This document shows, in pieces, positions 7,553 to 15,642 of a DNA stretch of 63,799 bases; within the stretch, counting starts at the first letter, position 1, and each line of letters opens with the position of its first letter. The notes below the pieces were generated by a model. That model was not told the DNA's origin. It was given only the letters and a program-made list of their open reading frames with translations, and did no database searches. Source of the stretch: a virus (Duplodnaviria; Caudoviricetes); IMG/VR virus record IMGVR_UViG_3300042460_000659, positions 1 to 63,799 of that record. The stretch is one strand, 5' to 3'. A program made the position numbers and the translations under genes.

Positions 7553-7756
7553 TCATCGCATCATCCTTTCGATCTCAGCGTCTTCGCGCGCCAGCTTCCA
7601 CCGGTCCACAGCATCTCCCTTCATTTTCGGTGGGGAGCCTGTCTTGACATCTCTGGTCTTCCCAAACCGCGTGGCAATCATATGGATGTCCCTCTGCCCA
7701 GCGTAGCCACCCCAACTGAACAGCTTGTCGCTCCCGTTGTAATCGTCCCGCATCAC
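7553..7756 (-). CDS. Hypothetical protein (67 aa)
   Basis: Coupled to the SprT stop codon. Confidence 0.55.
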   Translation of the reverse strand: MMRDDYNGSDKLFSWGGYAGQRDIHMIATRFGKTRDVKTGSPPKMKGDAVDRWKLAREDAEIERMMR

Positions 7757-8394
7757 ACCTCCTCCCCGATCAGCTGCTCGTTGCAGTCACCGCAGATGAT
7801 GTTCGCACCCTGCTTGGCCCATGCCTTGAAGTCGCATGCGGGACAGGTGTGCTTCACCTTCGACGGGTCTTTCTTCTTCGCCACGGTCTCGCGTGCCTTG
7901 GTGAAGTACGGAAGGTCAAACCCGGTCGCCTTCAGATCAGCGCAGGCGATCTCAAAGGAACCGTCAGGCTCGACGTAATGGGTCATCTGGCGACCGGTCT
8001 GCTTGCCACCCGGTTCGCCCGTGTTGGACGGGATCAGGCCGACGGCCAGCATCAGCTGGACCCACGCGCGGTTGTGGTGGCCTTTCTTGCCGGGCTTGCC
8101 GAACTCTTGCTGCTCCAGATGGGTCATCTCATGCACCAGCGTCGACAGCACGGCTTCCAGCGTGCGATCCATGGTCGCGGGGTTCAGGGCAATTTCATGC
8201 GTCACGTCGCCATCCTCGCGGTGCGCAAACTGTTCGGCCCAGAAGTAACCGTAGGCCTTGCGCGACGCCCGCAGGGTGAACAGCACCGGCGGAAGGCGAT
8301 CTTCGAACAGGGCCTTGTTGAAGTGATTGAACGCGCGGTCCAGCGCATCGTAGGTCTCGGCGGTCGGTGTCTGCCAGTTGGTCATAATGATCAT
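7753..8394 (-). CDS. SprT-like zinc metalloprotease
   Basis: LVHEMTHL (HExxH), GHHNRAW, C-terminal CPAC...CGDC zinc ribbon. Confidence 0.85.
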   Translation of the reverse strand: MIIMTNWQTPTAETYDALDRAFNHFNKALFEDRLPPVLFTLRASRKAYGYFWAEQFAHREDGDVTHEIALNPATMDRTLEAVLSTLVHEMTHLEQQEFGKPGKKGHHNRAWVQLMLAVGLIPSNTGEPGGKQTGRQMTHYVEPDGSFEIACADLKATGFDLPYFTKARETVAKKKDPSKVKHTCPACDFKAWAKQGANIICGDCNEQLIGEEV

Positions 8395-8642
8395 GCTCCC
8401 TTGGTGAATTCACGGTGGCGGCGGATGGCCCATTTCTGGACATCATCCTCGTCGCACAGGACATAGGCGACGGTCTTGAGGACGTTGGCGAAGCGCGTCT
8501 GGTTGTCGCCGACGTAGATCAGGTGCGGCAGGTCGGGCCGGTAGTTGGTCTTGTCCTGACGGACGCGATACTCAAACGTGTGGCCGAACTCGGCCTCCAC
8601 GAAGGAACCTGCGAGGTTCTGATAGTCGAGCGCGTATGCCAT
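8391..8642 (-). CDS. Hypothetical protein (83 aa)
   Basis: GGGAGA SD, upstream promoter, ATGA overlap with SprT. Confidence 0.7.
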   Translation of the reverse strand: MAYALDYQNLAGSFVEAEFGHTFEYRVRQDKTNYRPDLPHLIYVGDNQTRFANVLKTVAYVLCDEDDVQKWAIRRHREFTKGA

Positions 8643-8669
8643 GGCGTGTCTCCCTGCTGCCTGCCCGAT

Positions 8670-8701
8670 CACGTATACATCGTACGATGCAAACCTACAA
8701 T
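8670..8701 (-). promoter_or_regulatory. Early-type promoter with CATCGTACGATG palindrome
   Basis: TTGTAG-17-TATACG on the minus strand. Confidence 0.5.
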
Positions 8702-8713
8702 AGGAATGTGGGT

Positions 8714-9022
8714 TCAGAAGTTGTAATCGTAGAAGCTGCGGGGTGCGTCCTCCACCACATGCCTGCCGTAGGCGCTGTGGTAATGCCCATCCTTCCGGAG
8801 GTGGGCCTTCATGACGTGGGCATCCGGATCGCTGGTGATGATCCACTTCTGGTCGCTCTGGTTGGAGCAGTGAGCGAGGAACCCACCCTCATGGAACACC
8901 GGCTTCCAGTCCGGGTCTCCCACGGCCTTCATCGCCCGCACGGTGATCGTGGTCTTCGTCCGCGAGATGATCTCGTAGGGGCGGATGTCGCTGTAGCCGA
9001 TCAGGTTTGCGTACTTGGTCAT
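8714..9022 (-). CDS. Hypothetical protein (102 aa)
   Basis: ORF with GGGAGA SD preceded by a GGGGC hairpin. Confidence 0.75.
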   Translation of the reverse strand: MTKYANLIGYSDIRPYEIISRTKTTITVRAMKAVGDPDWKPVFHEGGFLAHCSNQSDQKWIITSDPDAHVMKAHLRKDGHYHSAYGRHVVEDAPRSFYDYNF

Positions 9023-9069
9023 GGTCTTCTCCCAAAGGTTGGCGGGGCGTCTTGCCCCAGTTGATTTGC

Positions 9070-9336
9070 TTAGAACGGGAAGTCGGTGTCAGCGTCGATG
9101 GGCCAAGAGCGCCACTGCGAGAAGTCAACGCGCGGCTGGTAGGGCGACTTGCCCGCCTCGACCACGACGTAACTGTTGTCGCCGCAGTTCTCGTAGTGGG
9201 CCTGCGCGATGCGACCGGCCAGCTTGTGGGCCAGAGCCTCGCTGCGATAGGTCATCGGCAGAGGGTGGGCGCTCGATCCGATGATGCCGTCGGTGATCTG
9301 GCAGTGGGTCGGGCGGATTTCAACGATCTGATACAT
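9070..9336 (-). CDS. Hypothetical protein (88 aa)
   Basis: AGGAGAG SD, downstream of a promoter. Confidence 0.75.
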   Translation of the reverse strand: MYQIVEIRPTHCQITDGIIGSSAHPLPMTYRSEALAHKLAGRIAQAHYENCGDNSYVVVEAGKSPYQPRVDFSQWRSWPIDADTDFPF

Positions 9337-9354
9337 GGCGGCTCTCCTGCTGGG

Positions 9355-9409
9355 CGGGGCACCGTGCCCCTGTACGAAAATACTACATCGTACGGGGCAC
9401 AGCTGTCAA
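9355..9409 (-). promoter_or_regulatory. sigma70-type promoter plus GGGGCA..TGCCCC leader hairpin
   Basis: TTGACA-18-TAGTAT, spacer ending CGTACGATG. Confidence 0.75.
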
Positions 9410-9715
9410 TCAGGAAAATACACGTATCGCTTCGGTCCCGAAGTCGAACGTGAACCCGTTCTCCTCACGGGTTGCTCTGCTCTTCTTGATGAAGTGAAGG
9501 CTAATGCTGATCGCCCCGACGCTATGGGTGCCGTGATCCACGACAGCTTCACGCATCGCCGCGTCGCACTTCCGGCCATCCTCAGGGGTTTCGAAGAACA
9601 GGTGGATGACGGTCTCCACCCCGTTCTCGATTGCCATGGATGCCGACCAGCAATGCTCCGACAGCTGGCTGCTGGGCGTGTAGGTGACCTTCTTGGCGTG
9701 ATGGAAGAACATCAT
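9410..9715 (-). CDS. Hypothetical protein (about 101 aa)
   Basis: Fills the gap and starts just after the upstream stop. Confidence 0.55.
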   Translation of the reverse strand: MMFFHHAKKVTYTPSSQLSEHCWSASMAIENGVETVIHLFFETPEDGRKCDAAMREAVVDHGTHSVGAISISLHFIKKSRATREENGFTFDFGTEAIRVFS

Positions 9716-9717
9716 GA

Positions 9718-10188
9718 TCAGTTCACCTCGATGATTTTGATTTCGCCTGCAACGTGGTGGCAACCACCGGCAGCCAGTTTCTGTGCCAGATCGGGACGAC
9801 CGCACCAGCCTGCCACATGCCAGCCTGCGCCGATCTGCTTGCGGGCATAGTATTCGGCTTTGGCCTTACGACCGGCCAAGTAGGCTTCGACGGTCGGGAA
9901 CTCGGCGATGATGTCCTGAGCCTGCTTGCGGTATGTGGCCGCGTTGTCGATCTTCCACTGGTCCGATCCCGCAGGCGCATAGCGATGCTCATGCTCACCA
10001 GCTGCGCACTCGACGTAGTACTTGAAGTTCTTGCGCTCCTGCTTTTCCTGATCGGGAACCCAGCACGCTGCCATCATCTTGGCCTCGTTGATCGTGTACA
10101 CCACGACATGCGTGTAGGTGCGCTCAGTCGTGCGGGTGATCATTTCGCCATTCGGCAGCGTGGCGGTCAGCTTGGTCTTCTTAGCCAT
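9718..10188 (-). CDS. Hypothetical protein (156 aa)
   Basis: AGGAGAG SD; MAKKTKLTATLPNG...GWCGRPDLAQK. Confidence 0.75.
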   Translation of the reverse strand: MAKKTKLTATLPNGEMITRTTERTYTHVVVYTINEAKMMAACWVPDQEKQERKNFKYYVECAAGEHEHRYAPAGSDQWKIDNAATYRKQAQDIIAEFPTVEAYLAGRKAKAEYYARKQIGAGWHVAGWCGRPDLAQKLAAGGCHHVAGEIKIIEVN

Positions 10189-10264
10189 GGTCGTCTCTCC
10201 TGTTGAGCGGGGCATCGCGCCCCACGATGGGTGGAACCCCGGCTCAGCGCCGGGGCTGGTTTGA

Positions 10265-10576
10265 TCAGGCTGCAGTGAGGAACTGGTCGCAAACGGCATC
10301 GACGGCCTTGCGCACGCCCTGCCGCGTCAGGAGGCAGCCAACCTCAAGCGTCTCCGCCTCGCCGTTCGGGTACTGCATGACGATGTAGCCCCGCTTGAAG
10401 CTCGACCCGCCACGGTGGATTGCATCTGCCGACACGCTGTAGGCCGAGAAGCCAGCAATGGCGTGGTTCAAGGGGAGGCACACCCCTTCGATGTTCTTGA
10501 TCTTCAACGCAGCGGTCTTGCTGTCGTTCCCGGCGAAGTAAGCTTTGACGTGGTCGATGATGTCGTCGAGGTACAT
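10265..10576 (-). CDS. Hypothetical protein (103 aa)
   Basis: GGAGA SD; downstream of a promoter. Confidence 0.75.
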   Translation of the reverse strand: MYLDDIIDHVKAYFAGNDSKTAALKIKNIEGVCLPLNHAIAGFSAYSVSADAIHRGGSSFKRGYIVMQYPNGEAETLEVGCLLTRQGVRKAVDAVCDQFLTAA

Positions 10577-10595
10577 GGTCGTCTCCGGTGTTGAG

Positions 10596-10650
10596 CGGGG
10601 CACCATGCCCCTGCTCGAAAATACTACATCGTACGATACACTGCCGTCAA
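10596..10650 (-). promoter_or_regulatory. sigma70-type promoter plus leader hairpin
   Basis: TTGACG-18-TAGTAT with ATCGTACGAT palindrome in the spacer; near copy of the 9355-9409 element. Confidence 0.75.
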
Positions 10651-10853
10651 GCACCCTTGTGCTTTTTTATGCAGCGACGGACCTGACACAGAATGTTCAG
10701 GGCACCACGCCTGTTCGTCTCCCTCCCGTTCTTCGGCCAGATGCCACAGAACTCCCCGGCAACCAGCAACTTGATGTGCTTGCCGCCGTTGATCATCTGG
10801 AACTCCAGCCCAGACGCCTTGGCCTCTTTCACGATGCAATCCAAGTCCACCAT
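10647..10853 (-). CDS. Small protein, possibly HicA-like fold
   Basis: 68 aa; GLEFQMINGGKHIKL resembles the HicA G-x-H beta-hairpin. Confidence 0.45.
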   Translation of the reverse strand: MVDLDCIVKEAKASGLEFQMINGGKHIKLLVAGEFCGIWPKNGRETNRRGALNILCQVRRCIKKHKGA

Positions 10854-10987
10854 CAGAGCATCCCCCGGCGGTACATCTCGCTGCGCAGCTGGATCATCAT
10901 CCGGGGGTCGGCGAAGAAGGCCCGGAGCCGTGTCTTCGCCACCCGGTACACGGCCCTGAGGTGCCGGTCGCTGAGCTTCTCAAACAT
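10853..10987 (-). CDS. Hypothetical protein (44 aa)
   Basis: Hand-translated MFEKLSDRHLRAVYR...; TGATG coupling to the next gene. Confidence 0.5.
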   Translation of the reverse strand: MFEKLSDRHLRAVYRVAKTRLRAFFADPRMMIQLRSEMYRRGML

Positions 10988-11141
10988 GTGCCATGATCTC
11001 CCGCTTGACGGCCTCAGCCTCAGCCTGCGTGGCGTAGCTGCCCTTCACCGCAGCCATGGCCGCAGCAAGCCGCTTGTCACCCCGACGGCTTGTCAGCAGG
11101 TCCAGCTGCCAGCGCCCGTTGTTCATCTGCCAAACGTACAT
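10980..11141 (-). CDS. Hypothetical protein (53 aa)
   Basis: Hand-translated MYVWQMNNGRWQLDL...; abuts the upstream stop. Confidence 0.5.
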   Translation of the reverse strand: MYVWQMNNGRWQLDLLTSRRGDKRLAAAMAAVKGSYATQAEAEAVKREIMAHV

Positions 11142-11387
11142 TCAGTAAGCCTCCAGCGCGCTGCGGATCAAAGCGTTGTCGTCCATCTGGGAGCCACCCA
11201 GCACTTCGAAGACCTGATTGCTGGCGCAGTTCACGACGTAGGTCCGGTGGTAGGCCCGGCGCACACCTTCCACCTTGATCCACTGGCCGGTGATCTCCAT
11301 CGAGCGCGCACCGGTCAGGATGACGCCAGTCTCTTCCCGCAGAGCGAAAGCCTCAGCAGCTTGGATGGCCTTGATCAGATTGTTCAT
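11142..11387 (-). CDS. Hypothetical protein (81 aa)
   Basis: GGGAGA SD, first gene after a promoter. Confidence 0.7.
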   Translation of the reverse strand: MNNLIKAIQAAEAFALREETGVILTGARSMEITGQWIKVEGVRRAYHRTYVVNCASNQVFEVLGGSQMDDNALIRSALEAY

Positions 11388-11399
11388 GTCAGTCTCCCA

Positions 11400-11520
11400 C
11401 GGGGCACCATGCCCCTGCTCGAAACCTAGCACATCTAAAATGTGGGTTCAAGCACATTTTCATTGTTGACGTCGTACGCGACATCGTTTAGACAGATCGA
11501 ACAGGGGCGCTGGACCCCGC
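11400..11520. promoter_or_regulatory. Divergent promoter pair
   Basis: Minus: TTGAAC-17-TAGGTT. Plus: TTGACG-17-TAGACA with GTCGTACG in the spacer. Both are followed by GGGG..CCCC hairpins before the SD. Confidence 0.65.
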
Positions 11521-11537
11521 CAACCAAGGAGACTGCC

Positions 11538-11822
11538 ATGTCGATGAACTTCACCATCACCCTCGCCGACCGTTACGCCGCCGCCAAGACCGCTGCCGAC
11601 GCAGCCAACGAGGCCCTTGAGGCTCTGAAGAAAGAGATCAAGGAACTGGGTCAGGAGCGCCACATCGGTGTGACCTGCGACGTCACCCTGTCGATCTGCG
11701 AACAGATGCGCTTCAGCCAGAAGCTGGCAGCCCAGTTCCTGACCGAAGAGCAGATCGAAGCCTGCAAGGCTCCCGTCCTGATGGAGACCATCCGCGTCAA
11801 GGCCAAGGGCATCGCTTCCTGA
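11538..11822 (+). CDS. Hypothetical coiled-coil protein (94 aa)
   Basis: AAGGAGA SD, own promoter and terminator. Confidence 0.8.
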   Translation: MSMNFTITLADRYAAAKTAADAANEALEALKKEIKELGQERHIGVTCDVTLSICEQMRFSQKLAAQFLTEEQIEACKAPVLMETIRVKAKGIAS

Positions 11823-11846
11823 TCCATCCTGACCCCAGAACGAGCA

Positions 11847-11875
11847 AAGCACCCCGGTTGGGGTGCTTATTTTTT
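11847..11875 (+). terminator. Rho-independent terminator
   Basis: AAGCACCCC-GGTT-GGGGTGCTT followed by ATTTTTT. Confidence 0.85.
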
Positions 11876-11879
11876 GTCG

Positions 11880-12215
11880 ATATACGTTTGTAATCTACTA
11901 AACATTTGAAATCTAACAGAAATCCGAGTTGTTAGTGTACTTAGGTAGATATTCGACAGATAGACACAGATAGAGACCCAGAGAGGGACAGACAAAGGGA
12001 AAAAACAATATATATATATATAAATATATATATATATACATATATATATCCCTTATTTCATTGATGTTTGTGTCCAGATGTCTCTCCCTATTTTGAACTA
12101 TTCTGTCTATCTATTTCTGTCTCTATTCGACTATCTACCTATCTACTTTTCTACTCGAAATTATCGTTCCGCTTCAATGACTTAGGTGAATATCCACTAA
12201 CTATCGACCCGTGCT
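11880..12215. other. Candidate replication origin (AT-rich, TA tract, inverted AGATAG repeats)
   Basis: Non-coding; about 40-nt (TA)n tract at 12008-12049, AGATAG/TAGAT repeats on the left and CTATCT/ATCTA repeats on the right. Confidence 0.55.
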
Positions 12216-12230
12216 AAGCACCCCAAAATG

Positions 12231-12250
12231 AAGAAAGGGGCCGAAGCCCC
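12231..12250 (-). terminator. Rho-independent terminator (C-UUCG-G loop)
   Basis: GGGGCTTCGGCCCC then TTTCTT on the minus strand. Confidence 0.75.
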
Positions 12251-12255
12251 CCTGA

Positions 12256-12444
12256 TCACTCATACCGGTCCAGCACTTCCTGAAGCTCCAGCTGCAGCCT
12301 TGGGCTTGGCCTTCGCGACGTCGAGTACTGCGGGTTCAGTTCCAGCCGCCTGACGCTCTGCGGGTCCGTCTTCAGGAACACCGCCATCTGCCGCACAGAC
12401 AGCCCCAGATACGCCCGCGCCCGCCTCACGTCCTCATGCGTCAT
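12256..12444 (-). CDS. XRE/Cro-like HTH protein (62 aa)
   Basis: VRRARAYLGLSVRQMAVFLKTDPQSVRRLE pattern. Confidence 0.75.
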   Translation of the reverse strand: MTHEDVRRARAYLGLSVRQMAVFLKTDPQSVRRLELNPQYSTSRRPSPRLQLELQEVLDRYE

Positions 12445-12586
12445 CGCTTTCGATCTTGACCTCCTCGTAGACCACGGGAATGTCCACCCACCGCTCCCCA
12501 TCGAACTGCTGCAGGTTATACCTCACGTCAACCGTCTCACCGGTCTTGGGGTGCACCCCGTAGTACTGGATGACACGGAGCTTCAT
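12434..12586 (-). CDS. Hypothetical protein (50 aa)
   Basis: Hand-translated MKLRVIQYYGVHPKTGE...; coupled to neighbours. Confidence 0.5.
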   Translation of the reverse strand: MKLRVIQYYGVHPKTGETVDVRYNLQQFDGERWVDIPVVYEEVKIESDDA

Positions 12587-12735
12587 TCCTCGTCGTCCAT
12601 CCAGCCAAGGGCGGTCATCTCTTCGACGGCCCGCTCAGCGATCTCCATGGCCCGTCCCACGATCTCTGCGGGGGACATCTTCAGCTTGGACATCTCTTCG
12701 ATCAGGCTCAGCGCCAGCGCTGCTTCAAGTTTCAT
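12583..12735 (-). CDS. Hypothetical protein (50 aa)
   Basis: Hand-translated MKLEAALALSLIEEM...; ATGA overlaps at both ends. Confidence 0.55.
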   Translation of the reverse strand: MKLEAALALSLIEEMSKLKMSPAEIVGRAMEIAERAVEEMTALGWMDDEE

Positions 12736-13169
12736 TTTCTCTTCGTCCTCTGTGCGATCATGGAGAAAGTTCCCTGATCATTTCGTTTCAGCAGTTGCAC
12801 GATCAGTCCGCTGTTTGCCATGGACGTGATCATCTCCCGCAGGTTTTGCGGCACCTTCGACCACCCAACGGGATGCTCGTAATATACCACGTTTGTGCCC
12901 GGCGCTGCCGACAGTATACGTTCCTGTATCTCGCGAAGTTCCTTATCTTTCAAAGGCTTATCCTCATATGCGTAGATAGCTTTCTGCATTGTCTCCTCCT
13001 CCCTCTTGGTTGTATTTACTAGGCTACGATAGCGCGCTCTGGAAAGATATCCATTGACTGTACCGACCGTCACGTTCATGCGCTCAGCTATCATATGGCG
13101 GTCCAAGCCATCCCTGTGATACTTCGCGGCCCGACCGATTACCGTCAGTTCGTCTCTCTTGCGCGCCAA
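12732..13169 (-). CDS. HTH (sigma region 4-like) DNA-binding protein
   Basis: GLDRHMIAERMNVTVGTVNGYLSRAR; TTG start after GAGGAGG. Confidence 0.6.
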   Translation of the reverse strand: MARKRDELTVIGRAAKYHRDGLDRHMIAERMNVTVGTVNGYLSRARYRSLVNTTKREEETMQKAIYAYEDKPLKDKELREIQERILSAAPGTNVVYYEHPVGWSKVPQNLREMITSMANSGLIVQLLKRNDQGTFSMIAQRTKRK

Positions 13170-13309
13170 TTTTCCCTCCTCTCGTAGTACCTGATTTTTG
13201 CTTCCAGAGACCTGATCCGTTGGGCGGCATCGGCCCACAGGGCGTCCAGAGGCGTGTCTCCAGTAACTGTGCGTGCGTTGTCCAGCCGCTCCAGCAGATC
13301 GTCACTCAT
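13145..13309 (-). CDS. Hypothetical protein (54 aa)
   Basis: MSDDLLERL...; ATGA overlap; similar N-terminus to 13762..13980. Confidence 0.55.
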   Translation of the reverse strand: MSDDLLERLDNARTVTGDTPLDALWADAAQRIRSLEAKIRYYERRENWRARETN

Positions 13310-13587
13310 GGCTGGTCCCCCTTGCGGATCAGGGCGTCAATGCTGCGAATAGACCGGGCGGTTGATTGATTGGCAAAGTTGATCTGGGACATTGCTTCCC
13401 ACCGCTCCCGTTCCGCAGTCACAGCCGCGTCGATCTGCGCTTGCACTGTGTCTGCTCGGACGTATTCGACATCATATCCGGGGTAGTTTTGCGCATCCCA
13501 TGTGCCATATGTCCACTGGTCCTCATCACCCTCACCGAACTCGTCTTCAATCCAAATGCGTTCTGGGGCTTTATTCATTTCCACCAT
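13306..13587 (-). CDS. Hypothetical protein (93 aa)
   Basis: APERIWI...VEYVRAD motif, seen in small phage early proteins. Confidence 0.7.
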   Translation of the reverse strand: MVEMNKAPERIWIEDEFGEGDEDQWTYGTWDAQNYPGYDVEYVRADTVQAQIDAAVTAERERWEAMSQINFANQSTARSIRSIDALIRKGDQP

Positions 13588-13754
13588 TCCTCTTTAGCTT
13601 CTGCCAACCCATGACCACCCAAAGCCGCAGCGAAACAAATACAGCGTCCCGTGAACAGCAAGGGCCAGAACACCAGACGACGAAGGGCCACATACCAAGG
13701 GACAAACCCGGACTTATAACCCTGCGGCCAGCGATACCATTTGCGGTCACTCAT
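13575..13754 (-). CDS. Small hydrophobic hypothetical protein (59 aa)
   Basis: Hand-translated MSDRKWYRWPQG...LVFWPLLF. Confidence 0.5.
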   Translation of the reverse strand: MSDRKWYRWPQGYKSGFVPWYVALRRLVFWPLLFTGRCICFAAALGGHGLAEAKEEWWK

Positions 13755-13761
13755 GGATCAC

Positions 13762-13980
13762 CTACTTTCCGGTGTTGAGGGCGGCGTCGGCGGTGTGGAA
13801 GTAGTAGCTGTGCAAGTCTTTTTTGTCGTCTTGCATCCTGTGCGCCGCTGCCCGCTTGATGCCTGTCAGCGCCTGCCGCAGCCGCGCGTTGTCTGCCGTC
13901 AGCCGGTGAATGGTCCCAGCAGCTTCGTCGGCCAAAGGGCTTGCAATATCCAACAGCCGCTTCACTAGATCATCACTCAT
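13762..13980 (-). CDS. Hypothetical protein (72 aa)
   Basis: MSDDLVKRL...ADEAAGTIHRL coiled coil. Confidence 0.7.
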   Translation of the reverse strand: MSDDLVKRLLDIASPLADEAAGTIHRLTADNARLRQALTGIKRAAAHRMQDDKKDLHSYYFHTADAALNTGK

Positions 13981-14060
13981 GTGTCAGCCCTTCCGGTGTT
14001 GTGATCCGCGTTACGGTCGACAGTTGCCACCGGATTTTCATAACGCTCCTAAATTCGGCC

Positions 14061-14450
14061 TCAGTCATCGTCGTGCCTGCCATGTTTGCCGTGATTGCCC
14101 TTGTCATCGTCTCGGTCTTCTTCATGGTCTCGTCCATCGTCGTCATGGTCCCTGTCATCGTCATAGTCCTCGTCAAGGTCTGGGCCGGTGTAATGGTCGT
14201 CGTGATCCTCGTCCTCGTGGTGGTCTGGCTTCGGATCGGGCTTCGGCGGCTCTGGCTGCGGGTCAGGCGCAGGCGGCTCAGGAGCGGGCGCTGGGCCGGG
14301 GTCTGGCTGCGGTGGCGTAATTCCCCCGGCCAGATCAAGAAGGCCCCCACCGCCGCTGCTCTCGCAGCCATACGGCAGGGGAACGGTGATGCACCGCTCG
14401 ACGTGCGGGCCACAGGCTGCCAAAGGCAGAAGAAGGAGAAAGTATTTCAT
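14061..14450 (-). CDS. Lipoprotein with Pro linker and His/Asp-rich tail (129 aa)
   Basis: MKYFLLLLPLAAC lipobox; ATGA overlap with the upstream gene. Confidence 0.75.
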   Translation of the reverse strand: MKYFLLLLPLAACGPHVERCITVPLPYGCESSGGGGLLDLAGGITPPQPDPGPAPAPEPPAPDPQPEPPKPDPKPDHHEDEDHDDHYTGPDLDEDYDDDRDHDDDGRDHEEDRDDDKGNHGKHGRHDDD

Positions 14451-14728
14451 TTGATCAACTCCGAGAGAATTGCGGCCAAAGAGACCACCGTTACGGTCAT
14501 GAAAGAAAAAACCACCAAAAATACAGAAACGCTGGGCTTGGGAACCTCCCACATGTAATCCACTGCAGCCTCGCACAGCAGCCGGTCTTCCGGGTGGCTG
14601 CTGTAAATCAGGACTTCGAACGCTGCGTCGATGGCGTCCAGATCATAGTCGTCCGGGTTGCGCAGGACCTCCCGCGCCGTGGCGAACCCGATGTGCTTCT
14701 GCGACATGCTCAGTACATTTTTCGTCAT
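14447..14728 (-). CDS. Membrane protein (93 aa)
   Basis: C-terminal hydrophobic helix. Confidence 0.65.
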   Translation of the reverse strand: MTKNVLSMSQKHIGFATAREVLRNPDDYDLDAIDAAFEVLIYSSHPEDRLLCEAAVDYMWEVPKPSVSVFLVVFSFMTVTVVSLAAILSELIK

Positions 14729-14731
14729 CTC

Positions 14732-15571
14732 TCAAAACCCCCACTTGGTGCGGCAGATCGGGCCGATGCCCAGTTCAATCGAGACGCCGTTGGTCAGTTC
14801 CTTGCCACAGCAGGCGCAGATGCCGGTGGCGCGGCCAAAGTCCACGGCTGCCTTCATCGGGTCTGCGGCGATGCGCAGGAGCGCGTCGTAGGTGCCAGCT
14901 GCGGCCTCGCGCACTGCCTTGTAGGACGTGCCCTCGATCTTGCCCTGATATGCATCATGCTCGATCTCGACGACGTACAGGGCACCAGCGTTGCGACCGT
15001 TGGCCGGTGCAAGGCTGATCTTCAGGCCTTCGGCGCGGTAGACCGGTTTCTTGGCACCGTTGGACACGGCGACGTCAAACATCTCGCGGATGCGGCTCAG
15101 GTCGACGGTCTTGGTGTTGGCGGCAGCTGCAGCAGCCTTGGCGGCGCGTGTGGCCTCGATCTTGACGATCATGCTGGCGACGGCTGTCAGAGCCTTGTCG
15201 CTGACGTATAAGCCACGGTGGATGTTGCCAAGGATGTCACGGGCAAAATCGTTCCAGCCTGCGATGTCGCGCATGTAGGCGATCATGCCGGGGTACTTGG
15301 CTTCAATGCCGTCGATGGTGGACTGGATCGCAGCTGCCTTACGGTTGGCGACACCTTCGCGGGCCTTCTGGCGGTCGGCGGGGGATTTGACGAAGTGGCC
15401 GACGCCCTTGCATGCGAGGCACTTGTCGTTGCCGTGGCGGTTCGTGCCGCCGCTCCAGAGACCGGTCCCACCGCACTGGCCGCAGGGATAGGTGGGCTTC
15501 GGGGCGGCGTTGGTGCGCGTCTCTATCTTGTCGTTTGCGAGGCTGTTTACGAAGTCGTCGAAGCTGTTCAT
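14732..15571 (-). CDS. Zinc-finger protein with DUF6011-like C-terminus
   Basis: CGQCGGTG...CLACKGVG (DnaJ-type) and CACCGKELTNGVSIELGIGPIC. Confidence 0.8.
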   Translation of the reverse strand: MNSFDDFVNSLANDKIETRTNAAPKPTYPCGQCGGTGLWSGGTNRHGNDKCLACKGVGHFVKSPADRQKAREGVANRKAAAIQSTIDGIEAKYPGMIAYMRDIAGWNDFARDILGNIHRGLYVSDKALTAVASMIVKIEATRAAKAAAAAANTKTVDLSRIREMFDVAVSNGAKKPVYRAEGLKISLAPANGRNAGALYVVEIEHDAYQGKIEGTSYKAVREAAAGTYDALLRIAADPMKAAVDFGRATGICACCGKELTNGVSIELGIGPICRTKWGF

Positions 15572-15610
15572 CTTGATCTCCAAGCGTGGCGCTGTGCCAC
15601 TGTGTAAAAA

Positions 15611-15639
15611 CCAATATCAGCGATGTGGTGGTCGGTCAA
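15611..15639 (-). promoter_or_regulatory. Candidate sigma70 promoter
   Basis: TTGACC-17-TATTGG. Confidence 0.45.
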
Positions 15640-15642
15640 CAA

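Noticed and set aside
12008-12049. Eukaryotic microsatellite contamination
   Set aside because: The tract is embedded in a symmetric intergenic region bounded by phage terminators and phage genes.
13973-14413. 146-aa Thr/Met-rich ORF
   Set aside because: It is an alternative frame of the His/Asp-rich lipoprotein, which has a lipobox and translational coupling.
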